A program made the position numbers and the translations under genes. Below the pieces are notes generated by a model. That model saw only the letters and a list, made by a program, of their open reading frames with translations. It had not been told where the DNA came from and ran no database searches. A stretch of DNA of 55,116 nt, filler included, from Catajapyx aquilonaris (Eukaryota), in NCBI GenBank assembly GCA_000934665.2. It is 4 parts of 4 records of this genome, joined end to end, with 100 filler letters (N's around TTAATTAATTAA, not from the genome) between each part and the next. Parts side by side here need not be neighbours in the genome. Positions count along the whole stretch, not along the records: positions 27,618 to 41,322 come from JYFJ02008012.1; positions 41,423 to 55,116 come from JYFJ02008013.1; 2 more parts are not named here. One strand, written 5' to 3'. Positions 39,956-51,762 of the stretch are shown piece by piece (position 1 is the first letter of the stretch; each line of letters opens with the position of its first letter).

Positions 39956-40517
39956 AAGTGATGTGTCCTTGTTATTTTTGAAACGTGTTTTATTTCAGAC
40001 GTACCGTACAGCGGGGCGACTTCGGAAGCATGGCGTGAAATCGGACACTTGTTGCACATTTCTTTGGTTGGGTCAGTGTGGACATTTATTATTATGAGTC
40101 ATTAAAAAGCTGCTTGTCCGCCCCCAAAGGATGCCGCGGTGACATGCGAGGGAGTATTTTGAAAGTTGTGACGCACATGACCTCATTTAGATGCGCAACA
40201 TTAAAAATCTGACAAGTGAAGGACAGGTTGGCGGGATCACCGAAAAATAAGTCACTGCGACGTTTGTCACTATACAGTATTATGTAGATTGTGTATTCTG
40301 TTTCCATCTGCCTAATAGCCGCGAATGGGAATATTTTTGAAGACTTGTGCATACGACATAATAAACGTCGCATGTTACAACGGCCAAGGACGTCAGACAC
40401 GGATATGTCCGAGTCGGACAGCGAGATATTTTCTCGGACTCGTCGCAGTATAGGGTAAGAACGACGCCGAAACGACGATGTGCTGTAGAAATAGACTAAT
40501 TTGCCTGTTAGTTTCAG

Positions 40518-41322
40518 AGGCGCACGCTGTTGAAGATGTATGAATCGCACATGCTGATGAGTGACACCAGTGGAGCGGAATCGGACACCACGGATGCATC
40601 CGAGTTGGATATGCGATGTGCCTACACGCGAAGTGGAAATGACGGAAAAAGCGAAGGGAATACATAAGGCTGTCGCAAGTGTAAAGGAGAAGACAACTGA
40701 TCGTGCTGAGTTTAACGAGAGGCTAAGAGCAAAAGGTGTTAGTACTCGGATGCTCAAGCGGGGTAGTGTTGAGCATGCGACTTTGAAGACAGTATTCGAT
40801 GTACTTAACTTGTCACTTGCTCAATTGCAAAGTACGCTTCTGAGCTGCGATTTGATTCGTTACGCACTTGAAGGCAGGCTGCCGTTAAAAGCTCATCAGT
40901 TGTTACCCGAGAATATGGAAATGAAGCCGAAAGACGCCCTGGTTTTGCGTGCTACGTCGCTTGGGTGTCAGGAATTGCGACGAGAATCTATTCGCATCCA
41001 CCAGTTTGCATCGCTGGGTATACAATATTTAAGCCACGTGATTTGGACGCAGTTTCTCGCAGGGTTGTGCACACTTTGCGGCTGCCGTCAGAGTTGGCAA
41101 AATATGTCAAACGATTGGTCCTGTGGTGCTTGCCAGACTTTGATCAAGTTTGGGACGGACCCAAAATGTACGAGGTGTCCTTGCACGCACTATGCCCAGA
41201 GGTGTTTGTAGCATCATACCTGATTGTTGCGCTCAAAATACTGGTGGGGCTTGACGGAAAGTGCGAGTACAGGTTATCGCAAGCAGCCAGGAAGCTTAAC
41301 AAGGAGAAGAGCGGCACGGTGC
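40518..41322 (+). pseudogene. TAF1B: TAF1B/RRN7-like RNA polymerase I factor, frameshifted, truncated by contig end
   Basis: LSL..L..CDLIRYALEGRLP..AHQLLPENM..D and LRLPSEL..YLIVALKILVGLDGKCEYRLS resemble TAF1B cyclin-fold segments; frame changes at ~40600-40665 and ~41015-41030 with no intron. Confidence 0.7.
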
Positions 41323-41422
41323 NNNNNNNNNNNNNNNNNNNNNNNNNNNNNNNNNNNNNNNNNNNNTTAATTAATTAANNNNNNNNNNNNNNNNNNNNNN
41401 NNNNNNNNNNNNNNNNNNNNNN
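41323..41422. other. Artificial contig-joining spacer
   Basis: N44-TTAATTAATTAA-N44. Confidence 0.99.
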
Positions 41423-41595
41423 CAAGCTGTCAACAATTTGCTTTTCTTTGTGATCTCGCCATCATTTCTTATTATTGTATTTGAGAAATATTATTTATTG
41501 CAACTCGCGGCCGCCCCTAGGCCCGTGCCTATTGTGCCTAATGGGAAATCCGCCACTGTATATGATAACCAAAAATGAAGTCTGCAATGAATTTG

Positions 41596-42877
41596 CAAAA
41601 GTTATGACGTGTTAAAGTGACAAAAATGGTACATTTCCATACACAAGGGATTATGTTAGTGACCACATATGAAAGGGTTGGGAGAAAAACATGGTAAGTC
41701 AGTCCAAAAAGTTCTCGGCCTGAATTTTTTTTGCAGAAACAAATGAAGCACAGGTGCCCTCATGTGGGTCGGTATCGAGTACCTTCATGAGTATTCGTGA
41801 GTATTTTCCCGCCTGCAGAGAGCACCAGTCGCGTGCAGTCAGCCTGTGAGCCCACTGCCGCATGCCGGTTAACACGTTGTATTCTCGAGACGTGCAGTTC
41901 GTGCCAAAGCTACCTACTGACAGAGCTGTAAGTCTCGCAGGACATTCTGGACTTAATGGTGACCCTGACTTCCTGAACACCGTGATGACTGGTGACGAGT
42001 CATGGGTCTTAGCCTGTTTAAGACTTGTCGTAATTTTCGCGGAAAATGGAAATTCAACGAGCGCTGATTACTCTGGTCACTCACAGGCTGACTGCCAGGT
42101 ACTGACTCTCTGCAGGTGGGGAAAAATTCACGAATACTCATGAAGGTACTCCCCCACCAGAGGACACGGTCCGTGCTTAATTTGTTTCCGCAGAAAAAAA
42201 TTTATGCGGAGAACTTCTTGCATTTTCCACTGGCAATTAACACGTTTTTCTCCGGAGCTCTTCAAATAATGCCATTGAAGTATGTAATCAGTTTTATTGT
42301 ACCAAATACACATTTAACTGTCATACAATTCATTTACACACATGCAGTTCACTTTTTAATGAATGGCTGATACAGAAACAAACATTGCAATGTGCACAAC
42401 AAATGAAGCTCATCTCATGGGTGGCAGCCGATCTAGGAGAACCAAACAAATAAACTTTGCAAACATTCACAAAGGGGCATGAAATGGGTATAAAATTGAC
42501 AAACCTACTTCTAGCCTACTGTACTTTACGTTTAAAGTAAAGAAGTAGAGGCCTAAAGCCTAATTGATGAGGTTGACACTCATTAAATCATGAGATGAGC
42601 TTCTTTTGTTGTGCGTCATTGCAATATTTGTTTCTGTATGAACCATTCATAAAAAAGTGAACTGCATATGTGTAAATAAATTGTATGACAGTTAAATAAT
42701 ATGTTGGGCTGTACAGCCTGGGTCAGCCTGTAAATCGCTCTCAAAGTTAAATGTGTATTATTTTGGTACAATAAAACTCATTACACACTTCAATGGCATT
42801 AAATGTGGTTGCTAATGTTATCCTGTTGTGTATGGAAAGGTACCATTTTTGTCACTTGGACATGTCATAACTTTTGA
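41596..42877. mobile_element. Palindromic MITE interrupted by a mariner derivative
   Basis: 41596-41670 pairs with 42801-42877; 42268-42419 pairs with 42588-42800. Confidence 0.75.
41696..42230 (+). mobile_element. Internally deleted mariner (Tc1/mariner) element
   Basis: ~150-bp inverted arms around FVPKL and DPDFLNTVMTGDESWV transposase motifs. Confidence 0.8.
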
Positions 42878-42964
42878 CATATGGGCCTGCCTGGAATCCC
42901 CCCCCCCAAACTGGCGACAGCGAATATTGTAGATCACCCTCTTGTATATCCAACTGCCATCGAT

Positions 42965-43643
42965 TCATTTGGTTAGAGGTATGGAAATGGGGTTGCACGA
43001 GAAAGGGGGAGATGAGGCGCATGAGGGCAGTTTGCCGTTCAGATGCCTTGTCACTGCTAAAAAGCGATAATAGCAATAACCCTTTCATGTAACATTTCAT
43101 TCATTCAAACCAAAATAATTACATCCAACTATTGTAACCTGCACAATGTAATTTCCTGTTTCTAATGAATGTGAAGTAACTTAATTATTGTAATCTACAT
43201 TACCATTTGCAAACCTTACCTCCCATAGCGAATGATGCATGGGGAGGTAATCATTTTCATCTGTTACACCATCCTATTGCATCTGTTAGCCACTAAATAA
43301 TCATGCAGGCAAAAACTTGATAATTATGCAGAATAGCTGACCAACTAATATAGAAAACGTACAGTTTTAATACGACGCACTTGATGGGGAGAAATAACCA
43401 ACCAAAAATGGTATTTGAAGCTGGTTTCAAAATCGCTTTTCCGAGAGCCACCATGGGATTCGAAACCACAACACTGGGCCAGGTCCCCAGTCCTGTAGCC
43501 TTGTGGGTTGGTGTTGTGTGGTTTTGGGGTGACCGGACCTTTACTCCTCCGCCTTGTGGCTCTGGCAGGCCAGTCTGTATCTTGTTAATTGGTAAAGCTA
43601 CAATAATGTTCCCTGGCTGCTGTGCACAAGACGGACAGTAATG
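42965..43643 (-). CDS. Putative last two exons (43643-43403, 43053-42965) of an unidentified gene
   Basis: Pyrimidine-rich CAG acceptors, phase-1 GT donor, in-frame join HYCPSC...NTIF|VTRHLNGKLPSC...K*; no recognised domain. Confidence 0.35.
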
Positions 43644-43934
43644 CTGCAGATACACAAACTCACAATGAGCACCCAGCTTTCTACGCTTGCATTTACTTCC
43701 CCTAACCCATAGTGAAATTGTGACTGTTCGATTTGCAGAGAGGCATCACATGCCTACAAAAAGGCACCCAGGGTGCCGGAAAGGTGCCCACCTAAAAGGG
43801 TGGGTCCTGGCCCACGATTACACTAAATATGGAACTTCTACGATGATTACCGTATTTAATACAAGGTATTTAAAGTGTGTCACAAGATGCAGAACAATTC
43901 GGCCATTGTGCTCGTTGTGTCAAAATAAATCTGC

Positions 43935-45076
43935 CAGGTGATGTGACCCCACTGCAGTAGGGAAAATTGTCAGGAATATGAAAGTTTTTCATTGGCATTG
44001 TTGTCATGTATCATATGGACATCTTGTCAGTCACAAACATGGTACGTGGAAGCTCACTTTGAAATCGTGGAAGGTTCACGAAGATGACAAATCCACAATC
44101 ACCATGGCAAGACAACATTGGACCACTCGGATGGGCAAACGACAGTCTTATCAACATGTCGACAGTGGCTACGTCAAGGGGCTGACAACGCCCCAAAAAA
44201 AGTGTAGGCCGGTTCCACAGGGGACCTGTACACCGGTGCCACGAAGTTGTTACCCCCCCTTGGGCTACATATGCAGGGATATGACTTCTATCAGGCAAAT
44301 AAGGGTGTAGGTTGAAAAAAAAAAACATCTGAAAGTTACAGGTCCATAACAATTCCTCTGTTGTTGTAGGGAAAGACGCGTCCTCTCTTGATGGCTGTTC
44401 AAAATAAGACAAAACTAGCATAGGCGAAGGAGAGAAGGAAAATGAGAAGCGATTTGGTTGAAGGTCATTTTTAGTTATGAGTCCATGTTGGAGGTCAGCC
44501 CTGGTGGCAACCGGTGGGGGATTCAGCGCATCAAGTGAGGTGCGTATCTTTCCCTACAATAACAGCGCAATTGTTAATGGACCTGTAACTTGGGCAGGAA
44601 TTGTTTTTTTTTTCAACGTACACCCTTATTTGCCTGATATGTCATCCCTGCATATGCAGCCACTGTCGACACGTTGATACAGATTGTTGTTTGCCCGTCA
44701 GAGGGGTCCAATCTTTTGCCATGGTGCACATGGGTTTGTCATCTTCATGAACCTTCAAGATTTCACCCCCCAAGTGATCTTCCATGTACCATGTTTGGGA
44801 CTTTTAGTGGGGGCTTAACGTCGGACGGACTGCTTTACTTCCCCTCCAAAGGAAAGTCCACTCTCACTTTTCTACCGCCCAGAGAAAAGTCGCCAACCTT
44901 GACCGGGTTCGAACCCACAACTTGGGGACTAGAGGCGAGCGCACTAACCACCAGACCACCAGCGCCAGTCATGTTTGCGACTGACAGGATGTCCATATGA
45001 TACCTGATGACAATGCCAATGGAAAACTTTCATATGCCTTACAATTTTCCATTCTACAGTGGGGTCACATCACCTG
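43935..45076. mobile_element. Fold-back element with ~330-bp arms, containing nested insertions
   Basis: CAGGTGATGTGACCCCACTG ... CAGTGGGGTCACATCACCTG; ~90-bp insert with GGCTAC duplication in left arm, SINE in right arm. Confidence 0.85.
44803..44969 (-). mobile_element. Short tRNA-derived SINE (second family)
   Basis: A box TGGTCTGGTGG, B box GGTTCGAACCC; TSD CATGTTTG(G/C)GACT at 44790-44802 and 44970-44982. Confidence 0.8.
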
Positions 45077-45086
45077 AAGCCTATAA

Positions 45087-45420
45087 TAATAATAATAATA
45101 ATAATAATCGTGGGTAATGCGTTCACCCCCAACCGGGGGTATATCGCATGAACCTTTATTTATTTTGTTAGTTTCTCAACTCAAGGTGCAAGGAAATTGG
45201 GTAAGGATAGGGATTTTCGGGGAGGGGACACGGGTGCAAGTGCAATGTCGTTAAACGGGTCATGTGCAGTCCCCCAGGAGGTTAGGTTGCCAGACACCTC
45301 CTTGGTGCAGGTCAGAGAGACTCCTGACGCAGGTGAAAGGAAAGTTCCCCAGGCGGGGATCGAACCTGGGCCTTTCACTCAGCAAGCCGTGACGTTACCA
45401 TCACGGCCACCACACCTCCC
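45087..45420 (-). mobile_element. tRNA-derived SINE with (ATT)n tail
   Basis: B box GGTTCGATCCC; 16-bp TSD CACCTGAAGCCTATAA at 45071-45086 and 45421-45436. Confidence 0.9.
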
Positions 45421-45871
45421 CACCTGAAGCCTATAAACCACATTAACCTGAACTGACCTCCCCACATACCGCGTACAGTCCTTCCCGAAAGTTTAGGATT
45501 ACCCCCATCCAGAGGTTTTTCATTTCTCAAGCTTGAACTTAACCATAAAAATTAAAAGTGTAAGGTACAGTCGAAAGCGTCTACAAAAGAACTATAAAAC
45601 AAAAAGGAACTGTCATCCTAGGTTCCACAAGGTGGAGATTTAATTGTTTTGTTTCTTAAAAATATTGAGAACCCTACATTTAGATTTTTAACTACAAATA
45701 TTGATGAATAAATGTGACCGTCATGTATTGACATGTGGTTTTTTTCTTATAACAAGAAATAAACATCGAACAAGGGAAAAATACACTGTTTTTAATCTGG
45801 AGCTGAATTAGAGTTTTTTTCCTCGTCATTTTTCTCCCCATAATCGCCATTGTGGGGAGGAAAGTGGCGGA

Positions 45872-47658
45872 AAGGACATGGCACAAAAAGTATGGGCCAG
45901 TGGCCTTCCGTTTAATTTGCCTGAAAATAGGATATGTTGTAGCCTAGAGTAGACCATCCTGATCAATGTTAGATAGGGACATTTCGAGGTAGGACCTACA
46001 GGGAGTGTGCTAATGACCTCCGAAGGTAATGTGGTGAGTAGTAGACCACAATAATTTTGTCTCCAGGAACTCACTTGTTATTGCTTGAAATTAACAATAA
46101 ATCTTGATTACCTAGTCATCCGGTTCACATTCTACTCCTTGAAGGCTGTCATCTGCAGTTTCCTCCAGCTGCACTTCAACATCCATTGGGTCAATGTAAG
46201 GAAGGTTTCTCTCACCACATTCTTCCATGGTATTGAGTAGCCTCCTCGATGGATAGCAGACATTTTCCTGGTGTCTAGCAAAACCTACTGTAGATACCAC
46301 AAGTCACTTGCCACGTGAGCACAACAGCCAAGCGTTCCAGCTCCTGTCTTACACTTGCAGTACCATCCAAGAATTGGCTCAAATCCATCGTCCATCGTCG
46401 CCGTTGATCATACGGAGCATCTTTTTACGCAATCCACAGATTGTATTTGGTGGAGTTGGAAAACCTGGACTAGCTTATGGCTCTCAGGAAACCTGGCTCT
46501 TGTAGTGAAATCTCAATGGACCATTCTGAATCTTTATCAAGTTTATCCTGAACATAGGACTTCATAAGTTTGACTTGGCACACTCCATATGTTAGGTTCC
46601 TTAAATCAAACTTATCCTATGTCAGGATCCTATGTTCAGGATAAACTTGATAAAAGATTCAGAATGGTCCATTGAGATTTCACTACAAGAGCCAGGTGTC
46701 CTGAGAGCCAGAAGTTAGTCCAGGTTTTCCAACTCCACCAAATACAATCTGTGGATTGCGTAAAAAGATGCTCCGTATGATCAACAGCGACGATGAAGAC
46801 GATGGATTTGAGCCAATTATTGGATGGTACTGCAAGTGTAAGACAGGAGCTGGAACGCTTGGCTGATGTGCTGACGTGGCAAGTGATTGGTGGTATCTAG
46901 GTTTTGCCAGACACCAGGAAAATATCTGCTATCCATCGAGGAGGCTACTCGACACAATGGAAGACTGCTGTGAGAGAGATCTTCCTTACATTGACCCAAT
47001 GGATGCTGAAGTGCAGCTGGAGGGGGAGGCGGAGTGGTGGTGCTGTAACGTATGCGCCCACGGATGTTAAGGTCCCGGGTTCGATCCCAACCCGGGGACA
47101 CCCCCTTCATCTCGTGCAGAGTTCATGAGTCGTCTCTGACTTCGTCTGGGGTGGAATTTCCTTAGACTAATCCACCCAGGGGAGCTCACAAAAGACCACA
47201 TTTCAGACAAGGCACTGCACTTGCACATCCCCTCCTGTCATCCTGCCCGTGGGCCCGGGCGCTTCAATAATAAGATTCCCAAAGTTGTACCAACGTTAAA
47301 ATAAAGGTCTGGCTGAAAACCCCTAGGGGTACGCCTATCACCCAATTATTTAAAAAAAAAAAAAAAAGTGCAGCTGGAGGAAACCTCCAGAGACAACCTT
47401 CAAGGAGTAGAATGTGAGCCAGACGACTAGGTAATAAACATTAATTGTGACTTTTATGAAATAACCAGTGAGTTCCTGGAGACAAGATTGTTGTAGTCTA
47501 CTACTCCCCATATTACCTTCGGAGGTCATTAGCACACTCCCTGTAGGTCCTACCTCGAAATGTCCCTATCTAACATTGATCAGGATGGTCTAGGCTACAA
47601 CATATCCCATTTTCAGGCAAATCGAACGGAAGGCCATACTTTTTGTGCCATGTCCTTT
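45872..47658. mobile_element. Palindromic DNA-transposon derivative carrying two inverted copies of a degenerate SWIM-finger coding segment
   Basis: 45872-46560 pairs with 46628-47658 (minus SINE); + strand reads IIGWYCKCKTGAGTLG*CADVASDWWYLGFARH. Confidence 0.82.
47024..47365 (+). mobile_element. tRNA(Arg-like)-derived SINE
   Basis: Same head as 18497; poly-A; 15-bp TSD AAGTGCAGCTGGAGG at 47009-47023 and 47366-47380. Confidence 0.92.
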
Positions 47659-48444
47659 ACGTTATATGCCTGATAAGTGTTTCTGGGGACCTGAGAAATC
47701 GAGCGCTATATGCGGGAAAGCGTTAAAAGCCAGAAGTGCTATAAGCAGGAAAATGTATCATTGGGCCATATGGGATGATCAAGGGACCTGAAAAAGTGGG
47801 CTTTAAAAGTGAGAAAGCTGTGCCTTCGGAACCTGCTTTGACCCCTTCTTGGATTTTTATGGTGTGGAATATTCAGCGACAATTAGCAGAGCACGCTCAG
47901 TAAGCAGCTGCCGAGTCATGCCTGGCATAGCTGTTTGGCAGCTAGCAAGTTTCATATCTGTGAATGCTGGGTTCATATCCTGACTGGTTGATTGTAGGAC
48001 AAAAAAACAGACCTCACAAAATTTTGCAGCTACTATATTACTATTATGCTTTGAGTGGACTTTGTGCTGACCACCCCTTCTGATCTAGTCTGTCATTCCC
48101 ACCAGACCAGAAAGGAGACTCAAGCCATTTTATGAAACTTATCTTACTCAAATGTGATTTGTTACTGACCTATTGACTGTTAGCCCCTTTGTGGTTCTAC
48201 CTTGCCCTGCCATACCTTGGTGTGGCAATGCTGCAACTTTCCTTGCCCAAGACTTGTGCCCAAGACTTGTGCCAAGGACCTGTTATTTCTTGCATCAAAA
48301 TAGCTTTTGTTTATTTTGGTTCAGTACAGTGGCCATAAGCTGTTTTCAATTTAGAGGGTTCAGATGTTTCCCAATTGAGATGCCAGCCCATGGGTGGGTT
48401 TGTGGAACATTTGCAGCAGTAATAAGCAACTTAATGTGTTTCAG

Positions 48445-49276
48445 GCTCACGAGCAGTGCCAGCGCCAACATCTGCAGTGGCGGCTAAGTTGAACGGTGAG
48501 GAAAGCAAAGATGAAGTGACCGGGACCACTGTTGGTAGCACCGAGGCTCCTGTTGTGGAAGGGTCAGATGTCCCTGTGGTAGATGGGAATGAGCAAGCCC
48601 CAGCTAAGCGGTCAGCCAATGAAGCTGATCCTGAAGTGTATTACGACCGCTCTAAATCCTTTTTTGACAACATAAGCTGTGAGGCTCTGGAGAGAAGCAA
48701 GGGCCGCTTCCAGCGCACAGACTGGCGCCAGGAGAGAAAGCTTAATGCTGAGACATTTGGCATTACTGCGGCATCTATTAACAGGAGGGGCAATTATCGT
48801 GGACGAGGTGGCTACTATGGAGGTAATAACCGGAGTGGAGGATACTACGGTGGTGGATATGGTGGCCGTGGAGGTATGGGAGGATATGGCAGAGGTGGAG
48901 GGTACAACAACAGGGGAGGCAATTACCGGGGAAGTGGTATGCGTGGTGGGATGAACCGTGGAGGTGGAACCCCGAGGCAGCATGCCTCCACCGGAGACTT
49001 TGCTGCAGCCGTGCGAAACACCAACAACCGCAGGGCAGGATACGTAAGTAGCAGGCAGATTATGCTTGATTTTTCAGAGCTAGAGTTTACAGAGCCATTT
49101 CCTTTGCAGGAGATTTAACTGACAAAACATCACAAACATTTCCTCTTCCCCCTCCTCACCCATTCCCCCTTATTCTTTCTGGTGTGGGTTGGAATCAGTG
49201 GCCAGTAAGGCGAGGATGTGTGGCCATTTGGATGACTCATTTTTTATTTTTCATTTTTCAGGGGCCATCAGACTGA
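48445..49276 (+). CDS. LSM14: LSM14/Trailer hitch (RAP55) 3' exons (48445-49043, 49262-49276)
   Basis: FFD box [18 protein letters not shown] box [16 protein letters not shown] tract; canonical splice sites; AATAAA at 50401. Confidence 0.93.
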
Positions 49277-50501
49277 TTTGTGGGAAAGCGTTGATGAAAA
49301 GCTGAAGAAACGGATTACGGCTGCATTTGTGCTTAGCTGCCCACTGCAGCGCCTTGGGAATATGTGGGAGCCTTGAGGCAGCATGCAGGCCCTTGAGAGA
49401 TTCAGCCAGGCTGCTAAGCACAAATGCAATGTAACTTGCACTGACCCCCTGCCCCTCTCTTGCCCCCTCTCCCCTCCTCTTCTGCCAGGCAATGTACCTT
49501 TTTTTTTTCCTTATCGTTATGTATGGGCTCGTTTGGATCCTGGCTAATCAGAAAAGTGCAAATTATGTGAGAATGGGTGAATTTTGAAAGGTGACATGTG
49601 GTCTGCCTTGTAGAGTATAGTGCCCGTCTGGTGTTTATGATACATCTTAGGAACTCCTGGTGTTTCTGAGGGATTCTGGACATTCTGTCCCCTCATTTGT
49701 GATCTTCAATAATCCCATGATAAGAGTGAGGGGCATGATCCATGTATTATCGTTTGATATGTTCGCAAAGGAAGGTTTTTCTGTTCTTTTCATTTTGTAA
49801 TGCCCCCAGTGCAGTTTTTATTTAGCATTTTGCCCCCTCATTTAAGATATTGAAAAATGGCATGGTAAGCGTGAAGGGCATTGCGCATGTATTTTCATTT
49901 GATATGAGTTCAAGAAGGAAGGTTTTTCTGTTTTTTATATTTGGTGCACCCCTAGTGCAGTTTTCATTTTGCATTTTTTCTGTTAATTTTGGACAAGGGA
50001 TTTAAAGAGCTGTTTGCTTCCAAAAATGTGATGGCAGTTGTGCCTCGTCATGGACTTAAGATAGAACTGGACCTCCAACATTTGTTGATCATGTTTGTGA
50101 TTTATGTTTCACCGTCCAAGTTTTGTGCCCTGTGAAGGAAAAGGGCAAGATATTTTGGGTGATCACCTGGAGTGTGATAGATGTTAGTAAACTGGGTCTT
50201 TTGATTTGTGAGGGGGGTATGCTTGTGCCTGAGTTGGCAAGGGGGGCTTGGGTCACATGTTTCATAATATGGAAGAACTGCTATCTGTTAACTTATATCA
50301 GCTAATCCATCAACCCACCAAAGATTCTCTTGGTATAGAAAAAAAGAAAAAAAGGACAAAAAAAAAAAACGAGGAGAAAATTTGGACCTTTTTTTGTATC
50401 AATAAATGACATTTGGAACGCAGTTTTTTGTACAATTTTGCTTCAATATTGGGGCTCACAGGCTTGATCTGGTTTAAACCCATCGAGACTGTTGCTATTT
50501 T

Positions 50502-50707
50502 CAGTGGTGGGCACACTAACCGAAATACTTAGTTCCGCTAACATCTGGTAACCGCTCATTTGGTTAGCAAACCGTGGGGAGTGCTAAATCGCTAATGATA
50601 AACAGCTAGACTTCCACTAACCTTTCTAGCTGTTTAGCATTAGCGGTTTAGCGCTGTCCATGGTATTACTGAGCAAGTTAGCTGTTATCGAAAGTTAGCG
50701 GTGCCCT
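50502..50707. mobile_element. hAT-like MITE remnant
   Basis: CAGTGGTGGGCAC.CTAAC ... GTTAGCGGTGCCC with GCTAA/TTAGC subrepeats. Confidence 0.5.
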
Positions 50708-51436
50708 TCCCATTTTCATGATTTTGGGGGTGTGGGGTGTGGGGAGGGAAATCCTCCCATGCTGAACTTGGAAGGTCAGGCTTTGCAGGATTTTCACAAA
50801 AAAATTCACAACATGCAGGTCTAATTTTTGACACTGAACATGTTAATTTTTTTAATTATGGAGAAAATGGTAAAAGCTGCTGGGATTCGATGAACTTCAA
50901 GTGTCCAGAACCAGCAAATGAGACATTTCCAGGATTAAGGTCCTCATTGCTGTGATCACGGTCTTAGAAGGAGAGGTCGGGAAACTCCCCGCCATCTTGC
51001 GATCCGTTACTCAATCCCGCCGTGGCGCTGACTGGAGGTGGCCATGATGTGACCTGGATCGTGAACATCTCCATATTGCGGCCATCTTGGAATACGCTAT
51101 CGGTAGTAATCGGGAGGGTTGGGTTGTACCGACAGGGTCGCTAGTTGTTATGGCGAATGAACGACACGCACAGCGAGATTCCATTGTTTTTACTAGCGCC
51201 GCTGCGGGAAGGAATAACGGATCGGCCTTTTCTATTGCGCTGGGATAGAAGTGTCCAGGGGCTGGCTGTGATCATGACATTTACAGAATTGCAATGGTTC
51301 TCCCAGTGAATTACGACAGCAGGTTAATTGGACTGAGTTGGGTCATTTTGATCTGCTTTTCAGGCAGAACTGGAAAACCACAGTAAGTTTATTATACCCT
51401 CATCCTCTTTCAGATGAGCCTATCACTTCATGCATC

Positions 51437-51616
51437 TACAGTCGACTTGGATATACGAGACTTGAAGGGACCAGCGGAAGTCAGTATCCTATAACCGAGG
51501 TTTCCTACATCCAAATAGGCAGGCCAATGTATGGAAGTATGGCAAGACCAGCCTTTCGAGTTGCCTATTATTGAGGATTGCTTATAGCCCAGGGTCTTAT
51601 ATCTGGAGTCGACTGT
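51437..51616. mobile_element. Tc1/pogo-like MITE
   Basis: TA-CAGTCGACT ... AGTCGACTG-TA. Confidence 0.7.
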
Positions 51617-51762
51617 ATGATTGCGATTTGTGTCTCATGCTGGCTCATGTAAACTGTTAGCTACGCACCTTGACACACCTTAGCAGTAAGCAGTTGTCAC
51701 AAGACACCTGCATTCCTGCCAAATATACTGCTGATCAGCCCCCCGGACACTACCCCTACAAT

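Noticed and set aside
43440..43510. B-box-like GGTTTCGAATCC on minus strand
   Set aside because: No A box, tail or TSD; falls inside a putative exon
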